A stretch of 64,000 nucleotides of DNA from Scyliorhinus canicula (lineage: Eukaryota): assembly GCF_902713615.1 (NCBI RefSeq), contig NC_052158.1, positions 39,485,729-39,549,728 on the forward strand, read 5' to 3'. Shown here piece by piece: positions 24,755 through 37,300 of the stretch. Every line of letters begins with the position of its first letter. Position 1 is the first letter of the stretch. The position numbers and the translations under genes were made by a program. The notes under the pieces are model-generated. The model was not told the DNA's origin. It ran no database searches and saw only the letters and a program-made list of their open reading frames with translations.

Positions 24755-24910
24755 ATATGAGGGTGGAACCGTGCCCGAAGGTGGCAGTATTTGGGTGGAG
24801 GGCGGATTCCGTTGCCTTTGCCTCCCTGATCGCCCGCTTTGGAACCCTGCTCAGCTGGCGGTCAGCAGCACCACCTAAAGCTGCAGACTGGCTGTCCGAC
24901 GTATCGGCAT
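24755..24910 (+). mobile_element. L1/Tx1 ORF2 C-terminal fragment
   Basis: VAFASLIARFGTLLSWRSAAPPKAADWLSD, homologous to 22570-22640. Confidence 0.65.
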
Positions 24911-25115
24911 TTCTCCAAATGGCTCCCACAGCCTTTTGGTGGAGAGAGTTCCAGATTTCCATTGCCCTTTTTGTGAGGAATTGCTTCCTGATTTCACTCC
25001 TCAATGTCCTCAGTCTAATGTGAAGATGATGCTCTCTTATTCCAGATTCCACCAGCAGAGAAATGTCCAGAGATTCAGTTCCAGCCACTTGGACAAGAAT
25101 CAGCTGATCCAAGAG

Positions 25116-25303
25116 AGACAGGATTCTCCGTCTCGCCAGACCCGTTTTCTGAGGCTGCGCGCCCCCAGCGACAGCGGGATCCACCGTCCCGGCAACAGGC
25201 CAATGGAGTTTCCCATTGCGCCCATCCCCAATCCGTCGGGAAATCCGCGGGTCTGAGTGCGCTGCCGGAGAAGCAGAGGTTCCTGCCGCAGAGAATCCCG
25301 CCC
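25116..25303. mobile_element. Short MITE
   Basis: GGATTCTCCG...CAGAGAATCCCGCCC inverted ends. Confidence 0.6.
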
Positions 25304-25428
25304 ACGATGGATTTGTGAAGGGGAGCTCATGTCTGACTAATCTCATTCGTGGATAAGGGAGTGTCTATGGGTCTGGTCCAGGAGGATTTCCACAAGGTCA
25401 GGAAGACGGGTACAAGGAGAAAATTCTG

Positions 25429-25590
25429 GGGTGGGATTCTCCGGCCCGCTAGACCCATTGTCCAGTGCGGCGCTCCCACATCCGGCCAATGGGGTTTCCC
25501 ATAGTGGCAACCTCACTCTGTCGGGAATCCCGGGAGTGTGGGTGCACAGCCGGCAAAGCGGAGTATCCCATCGACAGAGAACCCAGCTGC
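25429..25590. mobile_element. Short MITE
   Basis: Starts GGGTGGGATTCTCCG; degenerate CAGAGAACCCAGC right end. Confidence 0.5.
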
Positions 25591-25595
25591 TGATC

Positions 25596-27486
25596 TTTTT
25601 TCAATGTGTTTCAGAAATACCGGAAAACCATGTGGGAAACCATGTAAGGAAAGTCCGAAGGAAAATCCCAAGGCTTTTTCCATGTACATAAAAAGCAAGA
25701 GGATAGCCAGTGAAAGGGTTGGCCCACTGAAGGACAGATGAGGGAATCTATGCGTGGAACCAGAGGAAATGGACGAGGTACTAAATGAATACTTTGCATC
25801 AGTATTCACCAAAGAGAAGGAATTGGTGGATGTTGAGTCTGGAGAAGGGTGTGTAGATAGCCTGGGTCACATTGAGATCCAGAAAGACGAGGTGTTGGGC
25901 GTCTTGAAAAATGTTAAGGTAGATAAGTCCCCAGGGCCTGATGGGATCTACCCCAGAATACTGAAGGAGGCTAGAGAGGAAATTGCTGAGGCCTTGACAG
26001 AAATCTTTGGATCCTCACTGTCTTCAGGTGATGTCCCGGAGGACTGGAGTATAGCCAATATTGTTCCTTTGTTTAAGAAGGGTATCAAGGATAATCCAGG
26101 GAACTACAGGCTTGTGAGCCTTATGTCAGTGGTAGGGAAATTACTGGAGGGAATTCTTCGAGACAGCATCTACTCCCATTTGGAAGCAAATGGACATATT
26201 AGCGAGAGGCAGCACGGTTTTGTGAAGGGGAGGTCGTTTTTCAAATAGAGTTTTTCAAAGAGGTCACAAAGGTGATTGATGCAGGTAAGGCAGTGCATGT
26301 TATCTATATGGACTTCAGTAAAGCCTTTGATAAGGTCCCTCATGGCAGACTGGTACAAAAGGTGAAGTCACATGGGATCAGGGGTGAGCTGGCAAGATGG
26401 ATACAGAACTGCCTCGGTCATAGAAGGCAGAGAGTAGCAATGGAAGGGTTCTTTTCTGATTGGAGAGCTGTGACTAGTGGTGTTCCGCAGGGATCAGTGC
26501 TGGGACCTTTGCTGTTCGTAGTACATATAAATGATTTGGAGGAAAATGTAACTGGTCTGATTAGTAAGTCTGCAGACGACACAAAGGTTGGTGGAATTGC
26601 TGATAGTGATGAGGACTGTCAGAGGATACAGCAGGATTTAGATCGTTTGGAGACTTGGGCGGAGAGATGGCAGATGGAGTTTAATCCGGACAAATGTGAG
26701 GTAATGCATTTTGGAAGGTCTAATGCAGGTAGTGAATAAACAGTGAATGGTAGAACCCTCAAGAGTATTGACAGTCAGAGAGATCGAGGTGTACAAGTCC
26801 ACAGGACACTGAAAGGGGCAGCACAGGTGGAGAAGGTAGTCAAGAAGGCATACGGCATGCTTGCCTTCATCGGCCGGGGCATGGAGTATAACAATTGGCA
26901 AGTCATGTTGCAGCTGTATAGAACCTTAGTTAGGCCACACTTGGCGTGTAGTGTTCAATTCTGGTCGCCGCATTGCCAGAAGGATGTGGAGGCTTTAAAG
27001 AGGGTGCAGAAGAGATTTGCCAGGATGTTGCCTGGTACGGAGGTCATTAGCTATGAGGAGCGGTTGAATAAACCCGGTTTGTTCTCACAGGAATGACGAA
27101 GGTTAGAGGCAGGCCCTGATAGATGTGTACAAAATTATGAGGGGCACAGAGTGGATACTCAGAGGCTTTTTCCCAGGGTAGAGGGGTCAATTACTAGGGG
27201 GCATAGGTTTAACGTGCGAGGGGCAAGGTTTCGAGGAGATGTACGAGGCAAGTCTTTTACACAGAGGGTAGTGGGTGCCTGGAACTCCCTGCCGCAGGAG
27301 GTGGTGGAAGCAGCGGCGATCGTGGCATTTAAGGGGCATCTTGACAAATACAGGAATAGGCTGGGAATAGAGGGATACGGACTCAGGAAGTGCAGATGAT
27401 TTTAGTTTAGATGGGCAGCATGGGCGGCACTGGGTTGGAGGGCCGAAGGGCCTGTTCCTGTGCTGTACTTTTCTTTATTCTTTGTT
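25596..27486 (+). mobile_element. 5'-truncated, degenerate CR1 LINE (RT domain + 3' tail)
   Basis: KSPGPDGIYPRILKE, YMDFSKAFDKVPH, GVPQGSVLGPLLF, (F>S)ADD, split over several frames; tail GGGCCGAAGGGCCTGTT...TTCTTTATTCTTTGTT. Confidence 0.93.
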
Positions 27487-27578
27487 ACCATCAATTCGCA
27501 ATTATAATCAGATCAGTGATTCTGGCGCTGTTATAGTTGGGATAATCGGAATAATCATCGGGAAAAGACAATGGAAAG
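27487..27578 (+). pseudogene. Decayed paralogous MHC class I TM-exon fragment, inverted relative to the intact gene
   Basis: ATTATAATCAGATCAGTG...GGAATAATCATCGGGAAAAGACAATGGAAAG|GTAAG aligns with TM exon 48989-48870 (AVIVGIIGIIIGKRQWK vs AVMFGIIGIIIWKRHQR). It has a frameshifting deletion, no acceptor, and abuts a CR1 tail. Confidence 0.8.
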
Positions 27579-27589
27579 GTAAGAATCCG

Positions 27590-28413
27590 ACAGATGGGAA
27601 CGTGGAACTGAGGGACAGAGTGAGTGTGGGGGGATCCCCAGTACTGGGAGTACAGGACACTGAGAGGGGAGAGAGAGGGGAATGTAGAACTGAGGGGACA
27701 GAGTGAGTGTGGGGGGAATCCCCAGTACTGGGAGTACAGGACACTGAGAGGGGAGAGAGAGAGAGAGGGGAATGTAGAACTGAGGGGACAGAGTGAGTGT
27801 GGGGGAATCCCCAGTACTGGGAGTACAGGACACAGAGAGGGGAGAGAGAGAGAGAGAGGGGAATGTAGAACTGAGGGGACAGAGTGAGTGTGGGGAATCC
27901 CCAGTACTGGGAGTACAGGACACTGAGAGGGGAGAGAGAGGGGAATGTAGAACTGAGGGGACAGAGTGAGTGTGGGAATCCCCAGTACTGGTAGTACAGG
28001 ACACTGAGAGGGGAGAGAGAGGGGAATGTAGAACTGAGGGCACAGAGTGAGTGTAGGGGAATCCCCAGTACTGGGAGTACAGGACACTGAGAGGGGAGAG
28101 AGAGAGAGAGGGGAATGTAGAACTGAGGGGACAGAGTGAGTGTGGGGGGAATCCCCAGTACTGGGAGTACAGGACACTGAGAGGGGAGAGAGAGAGAGAG
28201 GGGAATGTAGAACTGAGGGGACAGAGTGAGTGTGGGGGAATCCCCAGTACTGGGAGTACAGGACACTGAGAGGGGAGAGAGAGGGGGGAATGTAGAACTG
28301 AGGGGACAGAGTGAGTGTGGGGGAATCCCCAGTACTGGGAGTACAGGACACTGAGGGGGGAGAGAGAGAGAGAGAGGGGAATGTAGAACTGAGGGGACAG
28401 AGTGAGTGTGGGT
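27590..28413 (+). repeat. ~83-bp minisatellite, about 9-10 copies, inverted copy of the array at 47328-48860
   Basis: Unit GGGGAATGTAGAACTGAGGGGACAGAGTGAGTGTGGGGGAATCCCCAGTACTGGGAGTACAGGACACTGAGAGGG(GA)n. Confidence 0.97.
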
Positions 28414-28660
28414 GAATCTCCAGGGCTGTTTTTTTCCAAGTGTTGAAGTGTCAATTACAAGGAGGCACAGTTTCAAGGTGAGAGGGTGAAAGTTTAAGGG
28501 AGATGTGCGGGGTAAGTGGTAGGTGCCTGGAATGTGCTGCCAGAAGATGTGGTGGGAGCAGGCACATATTAGTGACGCTTTTTATACAAACGGTCATCTG
28601 CTGATAAATATTTGTCTTAAACTCCCTCACTTCCTGTCTGCTCCGGCCCAGAGACAAAAG

Positions 28661-29211
28661 GGGCTGGATTCTCCGATTCAGCGGCTAAGTGCCGGCTTGA
28701 ACGGAGAATCCGCGGGACATTTACGGAGATAAAATCGGCGCCGACCCCTCACCGATTCCGGGACCGGTGAGGAGCTAGCAGCGGTGCCGGGTGATACTCC
28801 CGTGCTGAAAACGGCCGGAGAATAGCCGGGTCCATGGCCGCGCGTCCACAACCCCACAGGCCACACACTGGCCAACCCCCCATCAGTCCCTCAGCCCTCG
28901 TGGAAGCCCCCCGGCCAGCGGCATGGATCCCGCCAAGTGTGGCGGCGCTGGACACAGACCATTCCCGCCACAGCGCGTTCCCGACTGCTGAGACCACACG
29001 TGTCCCGTGTAGAATTTGGCCAATCGAGGCCAATGATGTGACAAAGCCGTTGCAACAGCGTGCGGCTCGCGATGCGATGATGCAATTTCAGAGGGGCGGA
29101 GCATAGCTGACCGGCGTCAAACTGCCGCTAGTCCCGATTTGGACGTCAGAGTCAATTCTCTGCCTGATCGCCGATTACGATATCGGCTTCAGGCACCGGA
29201 GAATCCTGCCC
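28661..29211. mobile_element. PIF/Harbinger-type MITE with 3-bp TSD
   Basis: AAG|GGGCTGGATTCTCCG...CGGAGAATCCTGCCC|AAG. Confidence 0.8.
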
Positions 29212-31063
29212 AAGGTGTCTGTCACGTTGAGACACCAGTACGTTCCTCAGTTCTGGAATTCAAACCTGTCCCATAGAGTGTCAACATGGGGCTGATGTGG
29301 TCCACGTGTCACTGAAGAGCATGGAGCAAGTTGTTAAAATACTGCTGTCTTATCTTTTGTCTGTCCTGTGTTCCCCTTTTCTTATCCGCGTCCTGCGGCC
29401 TGCTTTGAACTACAGTTTTCCAATTAGCTGCTACAACATTGTGACACCATTTGGGATTTCTGTTTAAACTATAAATTTTAGGCAGAGTTGGAACCCCCTA
29501 TCGTGGTGGACCAGGACAAGACATCCCCTTTAGGTTCCGTGGCAAATCATGTGATGGTGATTTGATAGACTTGGCAAGCAACCAATCGGGGAATGTACAA
29601 TTTGCACCCTTCTCCTATTGTGGCCTGTGATTGGTGGAGTCAGTCAGAAAGTTGTGGAAAGGAGGTGGGACTTCTGAAGAGTTCCATTTTGTCTTCTGTT
29701 CTGGGAAGAGTTTCAAGCATGAGGCAGTTTCAAACAACTCTCTCTCTCTCTGACTGGTGATTAAGAGAGCATTCTGCAGCCTGCAGTTTCTAGTTGTAGA
29801 CATCATGAGGAGATCACTGGATACAAAGAACTATGTCGGCAGCAAAGAACAATCTCATACCAATTAATCCCTGTTATTTTAAACTTCCTCCTGCATCTCT
29901 GCCTTGTGTGTCTGTCAAGGGTGTTTCTGGATGGAGGGTGAGATCGGGTTTTATGATTAGTAGATTGTTAGATAATTGTTCTCTGATTTCTTTATATATT
30001 CATCTTTTCATCTTATTATTAAACAGTTTGTTAGCATTTTTACTTATAAATCTGGGGCGTGAATCCCGCTCCGCCAGCCGCCGAATTCTCCGGCATCGCG
30101 ATTGCGCCGGTCGCCCCCCCCCCCCCCCCCCGGTGTTCTCTGGCCCACGATGGGCCGAAGTCCCGCTGCTTCTATGCCGGTTCCGCCAGCGTAGATTGAA
30201 TCAGTGACCCCTTGGAATTCTCTCTTCCTCAAAAGGCAATGGAAGGAAGGAAAACCTTCAAATCTTTTTAAGGCAGAACGAGATAGATCCTTGACGAACG
30301 AGGAGGTGAATGGCTATTCAGGGTCGGCGGGAAAGCTGGGAATTGAATTTACAATCAGATCAGTCATGATCTTATTGAATGGTGTAAGGAACCTCTTTTA
30401 AATCCTTGTCTGACCCTTGTTTCCCATTTTAATTCCTGTCCTTAATTCAAGAAATCAAATGGTTTTTTGACCAGCAGAACATTTGGTCTTAGAAATAGTT
30501 TGTTTTAAATCTCCTTTGGAAAATGTGCATCAGCCTGGAATCATTCTGGGAAGTGGTGGATTGTACTTGTGTTTAAAGTGAAAGTAATTACTCCGTCTGG
30601 GTCACTTTCCTGGATCCTATATTTAAGAATCTAGAAAGCTGTTATTAAACGGGTCGTTTTTTTGTGTATTTGCGGCAACTCATTTCGGAAGTTAATGCGT
30701 AAGATTCATTCCCAATTGTGTATCTTTTGCCTTGTGTGTTTTCGATTTATCTTTTCATTTCTATCAATAAATATTTTAAAGGTTATCACTGGAGTCCTGT
30801 GCTTTTGTGATCAGTAGCTTTTCCTCCGTGTTTCAGCAGAGATGGGTTTCAATTTGAGGTCTGGCTGGTTCCGCATTAACATCAGCTGTGGTTGTAACTC
30901 GAGGCTTGTAGCGGCTGGAGTTTAATAATAATAATCTTTATTGTCACAGGTAGGCTTACGTTAATGCTGAAATGAAGCTACTGTGAAAAGCCCCTAGTCG
31001 CCACATTCCGCCGCCTGTTCGGGTCACAGAGGGAGAATTCAAAATGTCCAAATTGCCTAACAG

Positions 31064-31690
31064 AGTTAGAGGTGACTTGATTGAAACATCTCAGATGCTG
31101 AGGGGTATTGAGATGTGGAGAGGAAGTTTCCTCTTGTGGGAGGATCGAGAACCCGGGGTCCATGTTTGAAAACAAGGCGTCGCTCATTTAAGACAGAGGC
31201 GAGTAATTTTCTTTTCTGAGGGTTGTCAGTCTGTTGAACTTTCTTCCTGAACAGGACGTGGTAGCAGAATCTTGGAATATTTTTAAGGCAGAGCTGGATA
31301 GATTATTGATCAATAGGGCGGCATGATAGCACAGTGGTTAACACTGCTGCCTCACGGCACCGAGGGTGCAGGTTTGATCCTGGCCCCGGGTCAATGTCCG
31401 TATGGAGTTTGCACATTCTCCCTGTAACTGTGTGGGTCTCACCCCCACAACCCAAAAAGATGTGTAGGGTAGGTGGAGTTTCCACACTAAATTGCTCTTA
31501 ATTGGAAAAAAGAATTGGGTGTTCTAAATTTTAAACAAAGATTCTTGATCAACAAGGGGGTAGAAGATATTTGGGGTCGGCAGGAATGTGGGGTTGAGGT
31601 TTAAATCAGATCAGCCATGATCTTATTGAAGATGGAACAGGCTCGAGGGGCCGAGTGGCCTACTCCTGTTCCTTGGTCATATGTTTGTAC
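31064..31690 (+). mobile_element. CR1 3' fragment interrupted by a V-SINE
   Basis: AGAGGTGACTTGATTGAAAC...ATCAGCCATGATCTTATTGAA...GGGCCGAGTGGCCTACTCCTG typical CR1 3' end. Confidence 0.75.
31314..31539 (+). mobile_element. V-SINE with 13-bp TSD
   Basis: GATTATTGATCAA (31301-31313) and GATTCTTGATCAA (31540-31552) flank a head GGCATGATAGCACAGTGGTTAACACTGCTGCCTCAC. Confidence 0.8.
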
Positions 31691-32059
31691 GTAGAGCTGT
31701 TCCCACTCACAGTCTCTGTGACCTCCTTCCTCACCAAGACACTAACTTTCTGAGGTTCTCTACACTTCTCATTACTGAGAAGCTGGTCACACTTCACCCT
31801 CACCTCATTGGGAAATGTGTTGGAGTTTGATTCACTAACGTTATGAGGCGTCTTCCTCTCCTCTGTCTCTCGCTGTCATCTTCTTTTCTGTAAATAAGTG
31901 AATCAATGCTGATGGGAAGCAGTGAATGATACTGACATTTGGGATGAACTCAGCCAGTTCCCATTGAATTGAACCTCAACAAGTTCCCATTCCAAGGGTC
32001 ACAAGCTGCTGAGTGAATGAATTAAACCTTTCTTGTGAAATCAGGAAAGAAGAATTCAG

Positions 32060-32818
32060 TCAGTTCAAACACTGACAATTATTTATTGACAAGAAACCAA
32101 AATTGTCGTGAAACATTGAGGATCTAAATAATAATTGCCTTTGTCACATTAATATATTTTAGTTCCAAAATTTACAATGATACATTATTAAACATTGTAA
32201 ATATAACATCACATCAGACCATCAGACATTGGAGTAGAATTAGGCCATTTGGCCCATCGCTGCTGCTCTGCCATTCGATCGTGGCTGATATGTTTCTCGT
32301 CCCCATTATCCTGCCTTCTCCCCATAACTCCTGACCCTTATTAATCAAGGAATTGCCTCATTAATCATGAATGACAGATTTGTGCTTCAAGTGCGAAATA
32401 GACTGATTGCTCTCAATATATAATTTGACCATCTGAATTTCCTCACTACAATTACACAGTTCAGGTTAATCACTCGACCCGAACAAGATGTTGATGATAA
32501 GTAAGGCAAAGGGCAAAATTATCCCTGAAGATCTCTTCGACTGTGAGAGGCGTCACATTGCTGATGCTGGATATAAATCAGAATTCAAAAAGTCTCAATT
32601 GATGAATCACAGTCCCATCTGATTGATCCGGGATAAACTGTTCAATCTGTGGAAACACATTCCCAGGAAAAATCGATTTCAATCATCAAGTAACTAAGTG
32701 TAAACAATGAGCTGTAATTCTGTGTGTCTGCTGTGACATGGAAGGATGGACAATGATGTCCAGGTTTACACTAGAACAGGCCAATCCCGTTATTCATCAA
32801 TGAGGCTCCGGGAATGTC
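32060..32818 (-). other. Probable non-coding last exon (3'UTR) of the MHC class I-like gene
   Basis: Pyrimidine-rich ...CTCCACTGCAG acceptor at 32819, just beyond the 59-bp array, and a downstream AATAAA. The 3' end is approximate. Confidence 0.5.
32082..32087 (-). terminator. Probable polyadenylation signal of the class I gene
   Basis: Minus-strand AATAAA about 730 nt downstream of the 32819 acceptor. Confidence 0.5.
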
Positions 32819-32880
32819 CTGCAGTGGAGCCCAGTAAACCCACGAGGTAAGGAATGGAGAGAAACAAGACAATCGGTTCA

Positions 32881-34185
32881 GGGTCAGGAGGGAGTGAAAT
32901 TAGTCTGACAGGTTTAACAGTGTCTGGGAGGGTGAGACAGGGTCAGGAGGGAGTGAAATTAGTCTGACAGGTTTAACAATGTCTGGGAGAGTGAGACAGG
33001 GTCAGGAGGGAGTGAAATTAGTCTGACAGGTTTAACAGTGTCTGGGAGAGTGAGACAGGGTCAGGAGGGAGTGAAATTAGTCTGACAGGTTTAACAGTGT
33101 CTGGGAGGGTGAGACAGGGTCAGGAGGGAGTGAAATTAGTCTGACAGGTTTAACAGTGTCTGGGAGAGTGAGACAGGGTCAGGAGGGAGTGAAATTAGTC
33201 TGACAGGTTTAACAGTGTCTGGGAGGGTGAGACAGGGTCAGGAGGGAGTGAAATTAGTCTGACAGGTTTAACAGTGTCTGGGAGAGTGAGACAGGGTCAG
33301 GAGGGAGTGAAATTAGTCTGACAGGTTTAACAGTGTCTGGGAGGGTGAGACAGGGTCAGGAGGGAGTGAAATTAGTCTGACAGGTTTAACAGTGTCTGGG
33401 AGGGGAGACAGGGTCAGGAGGGAGTGAAATTAGTCTGACAGGTTTTAACAGTGTCTGGGAGAGTGAGACAGGGTCAGGAGGGAGAGAAATTAGTCTGACA
33501 GGTTTAACAGTGTCTGGGAGAGTGAGACAGGGTCAGGAGGGAGTGAAATTAGTCTGACAGGTTTAACAGTGTCTGGGAGAGTGAGACAGGGTCAGGAGGG
33601 AGTGAAATTAGTCTGACAGGTTTAACAGTGTCTGGGAGGGTGAGACAGGGTCAGGAGGGAGTGAAATTAGTCTGACAGGTTTAACAGTGTCTGGGAGGGT
33701 GAGACAGGGTCAGGAGGGAGTGAAGTTAGTCTGACAGGTTTAACAGTGTCTGGGAGAGTGGGACAGTGTCAGGAGGGAGTGAAATTAGTCTGACAGGTTT
33801 AACAGTGTCTGGGGGGGGTGAGACAGGGTCAGGAGGGAGTGAAATTAGTCTGACAGGTTTAACAGTGTCTCGGAGAGTGAGACAGGGTCAGGAGGGAGTG
33901 AAATTAGTCTGACAGGTTTAACAGTGTCTGGGAGAGTGAGACAGGGTCAGGAGGGAGTGAAATTAGTCTGACAGGTTTAACAGTGTCTGGGAGAGTGAGA
34001 CAGGGTCAGGAGGGAGTGAAATTAGTCTGATAGGTTTAACAGTGTCTGGGAGGGTCAGACAGGGCCAGGAGGGAGTGAAATTAGTCTGACAGGTTTAACA
34101 GTGTCTGGGAGGGTGAGACAGGGTCAGGAGGGAGTGAAATTAGTCTGACAGGTTTTAACAGTGTCTGGGAGAGTGAGACAGAGTT
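32881..34185. repeat. 59-bp minisatellite, about 22 copies, filling the last intron
   Basis: Unit GGGTCAGGAGGGAGTGAAATTAGTCTGACAGGTTTAACAGTGTCTGGGAGAGTGAGACA. Confidence 0.97.
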
Positions 34186-34230
34186 AGAAGGGAGTGATGT
34201 AAATGGGAGATGAATTAAAATTTCACTTAC

Positions 34231-34266
34231 TGAATTAAGAAGCTTCCGGAACAGGGACATCAGATG
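34231..34266 (-). CDS. MHC class I-like gene, second cytoplasmic exon (36 nt; T-SDVPVPEAS*), stop at 34237-34235
   Basis: TTTTGTTATTATTTTCTCAG acceptor, GTAAGT donor, phase 1 matching the previous exon. Confidence 0.7.
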
Positions 34267-34398
34267 CTGAGAAAATAATAACAAAAATGGAATAAAATGT
34301 AAAATCAAGGAAATGAGATTTTCTATCCTGGACTCAGGATTTCATCAGTATAAACTATTAAACGGACTCACACCTGGTAAATATGAACAGAGACAGAA

Positions 34399-37300
34399 TG
34401 GAGGGTGAGTGAGTGCACTGTGAGGGAGTGGAGGGTGAGAGAGTGCAGTGTGAGGGAGTGGAGGATGAGCGAGTGCAGTATGAGGGAGTGGAGGGTGAGA
34501 TAGTGCAGTGTGAGGGAGTGGAGGGCGAGCGAGTGCACTGAGGGAGTGGAGGGTGAGCGAGTGCAGTGTGAGGGAGTGGAGGGTGAGGGAGTGGAGGGTG
34601 AGAGAGTGCATGGGAGGGAGTGGAGGGTGAGAGAGTGGAGGGGGTGAGTGAGTGCAGTGTGATGGAGTGGCGGGTGAGTGAGTGAAGGGTGAGCGATGGT
34701 GCAGTGAGGGTGTGTGGAGGGTGAGTGAGAGAGTGCAGTGTGAGGGAGTGGAGGGTGAGAAAATGCAGTGTGAGGGAGTGGAGGGTGAGCGAGTGCACTG
34801 AGAGAGTGGAGGGTGAGAGAGTGGAGGGTGAGAGAGTGCAGTGTGAGAGAGTGGAGGGTGAGAGAGTACACTGTGAGGGAGTGGAGGGTGAGAGAGCTCA
34901 CTGTGAGGGAGTGGAGGGTGGGGAAGTGGAGGGTGAGAGAGTGCAGTGTGAGGGAGTGGAGCGTGAGCGAGTGCATTGTGAGGGAGTGGAGGGTGAGCGA
35001 GTGCAGTGTGAGAGAGTGGAGGGTGAGAGAGTGCAGTGTGATGGAGTGGAGGGTGTGAGAGAGTGATTGTGAGGGAGTGGAGGAGGGTGAGAAAGTGCAC
35101 GTGAGGGAGTGGAGGGTGAGAGAGGCAAGTGTGAGGAGAGTGGAGGGTGAGAGAGTGCGTGTGAGTGAGTACAGTGGAGGGAGTGGAGGGTGAGAGAGTG
35201 CAGTGTGAGGGAGTGGAGGGTGAGAGAGTGCAGTGAGGGTGTGGAGGGTGAGAGAGTGCACTGTGGGAGTGGAGGGTGAGCGAGTGCAGTGTGTGGGAGT
35301 GGAGGGTGAGCGAGTGCAGTGTGAGGGAGTGGAGGGTGAGAGAGTGCACTGTGAGGGAGTGGAGGGTGAGAGTGCACTGTGGGAGTGGAGGGTGAGCAAG
35401 TGCACTGTGAGGGCTGGAGGGTGGGAGAGTGCAGTGTGAGGGAGTGGAGGGTGAGCAAGTGCAGTATGAGGGAGTGGAGGGTGGTAGAGTGCACTGTGAG
35501 GGAGTGGAGGGTGAGAGAGTGCAGTGTGAGGGAGTGGTGAGCGAGTGCAGTGTGAGGGAGTGGAGGGTGAGAGAGTGCAGTGCGACGGAGTGGAGGATGA
35601 GTGAGTGCAGTGTGATGGAGTGGAGGGTGAGAGAGTGCACTGTGAGGGAGTGGAGGGTGAGAGAGTGCAGTGTGAAGGAGTGGAGGGTGAGAGAGTGCAC
35701 TGTGAGGGAGTGGAGGGTGAGAGAGTGGACTGTGAGGGAGTGGAGGGTGACCGACTGGAGGGTGAGAGATTGCACTGCGAGGGAGTGGAGTGTGAGGGAG
35801 TGGAGTGTCAGAGAGTGCAGTGTGAGGGAGTGGAGGGTGAGCGAGTGGAGGGTGAGAAAGTGCAGTGTGAGGGAGTGGAGGGTGAGAAAGTGCAGTGTGA
35901 GGGAGTGGAGGGTGAGAGAGTGCTTTGTGAGGGAGTGGAGGGTGAGAGAGTGCAGTGTGAGGGAGTGGAGGGTGAGAGAGTGCAGTATGAGGGATTGGAG
36001 GGTGAGAGAGTGCTTTGTGAGGGAGTGGAGGGTGAGAGAGTGCAGTGTGAGTGAGTGGAGGGTGAGAGAGTGCAGAGTGAGGGAGTGGAGGGTGAGAGAG
36101 TGCAGTGTGAGGGAGTGGAGGGTGAGAGAGTGCAGTGTGAGGGAGGGGAGGGTGAGAGAGTGCAGTATGAGGGAGTGGAGGGTGAGAGAGTTGACTGTGA
36201 GTGAGTGGAGGGTGAGAGAGTGCACTGTGAGGGAGTGGACGGGGAGAGTGTGCAATGCGAGGGAGTGGAGGGTGAGAGAGTGCAGTGAGGGAGTGGAGGG
36301 TGAGAGAGTGCACTGTGAGGGAGTGGAGTGTGAGAGAGTGCAGTGTGAGGGAGTGGAGGGTGAGAGAGCGCACTGTGAGGGAGTGGAGGGTGAGAAAGTG
36401 CACTGTGAGGGAGTGGAGGGTGAGAGAGTGCAATGTGAGGGAGTGGAGGGTGAGAGAGTGCACTGTGAGGGAGTGGAGGGTGAGAGAGTGCACTGTGAGG
36501 GAGTGGAGGGTGAGAGAGTGCACTGTGAGGGAGTGGAGGGTGAGAGAGTGCAGTGAGGGAGTGGAGGGTGAGAGAGTGCAGTGTGCGGAGTGGAGGGTGA
36601 GAGAGTGCACTGTGAGTGAGTGGAGGGTGAGAGAGTGGAGGGTGAGAGAGTGCAGTGTGAGGGAGTGGAGGGCGAGAGAGTGCACTCTGAGGGAGTGGAG
36701 GGTGAGAGAGTGCAGTGTGCGGAGTGGAGGGCGAGAGAGTGCACTCTGAGGGAGTGGAGGGTGAGAGAGTACACTGTGAGGGAGTGGAGGGTGAGCGAAT
36801 GCAGTGTGAGGGAGTGGAGGGTGAGAGAGGCAGTGTGAGGGAGTGGAGGGTGGGAGAGGGCACTGTGAGGGAGTGGAGGGTGAGAGAGTGCACTGTGAGG
36901 GAGTGGAGGTGAGAGAGTGCAATGTGAGGGAGTGGAGGGTGAGAGAGTGCAGTGTGAGGGAGTGGGGGCTGAGAGTACACTGTGAGGGAGTGGAGGGTGA
37001 GCGAGTGCACTGAGGGAGTGGAGGGTGAGAGAGTGCACTGTGAGGGAGTGGAGGGTGAGGGAGTGCAGTGTGAGGGATTGGAGGAGAGCGAGTGCACTGT
37101 GAGAGAGTGGAGGGTGAGAGAGTGCACTGAGGGAGTGGAGGGTGGGAGAGTGCAGTGTGAGGGAGTGGAGGGTGAGAGAGTGCACTGTGAGGGAGTGGAG
37201 GGTGAGAGAGTGCACTGTGAGGGAGTGGAGGGTGAGAGAGTGCACTGTGAGGGAGTGGAGGGTGAGAGAGTGCAGTGTGTGGGAGTGGAGGGTGAGAGAG

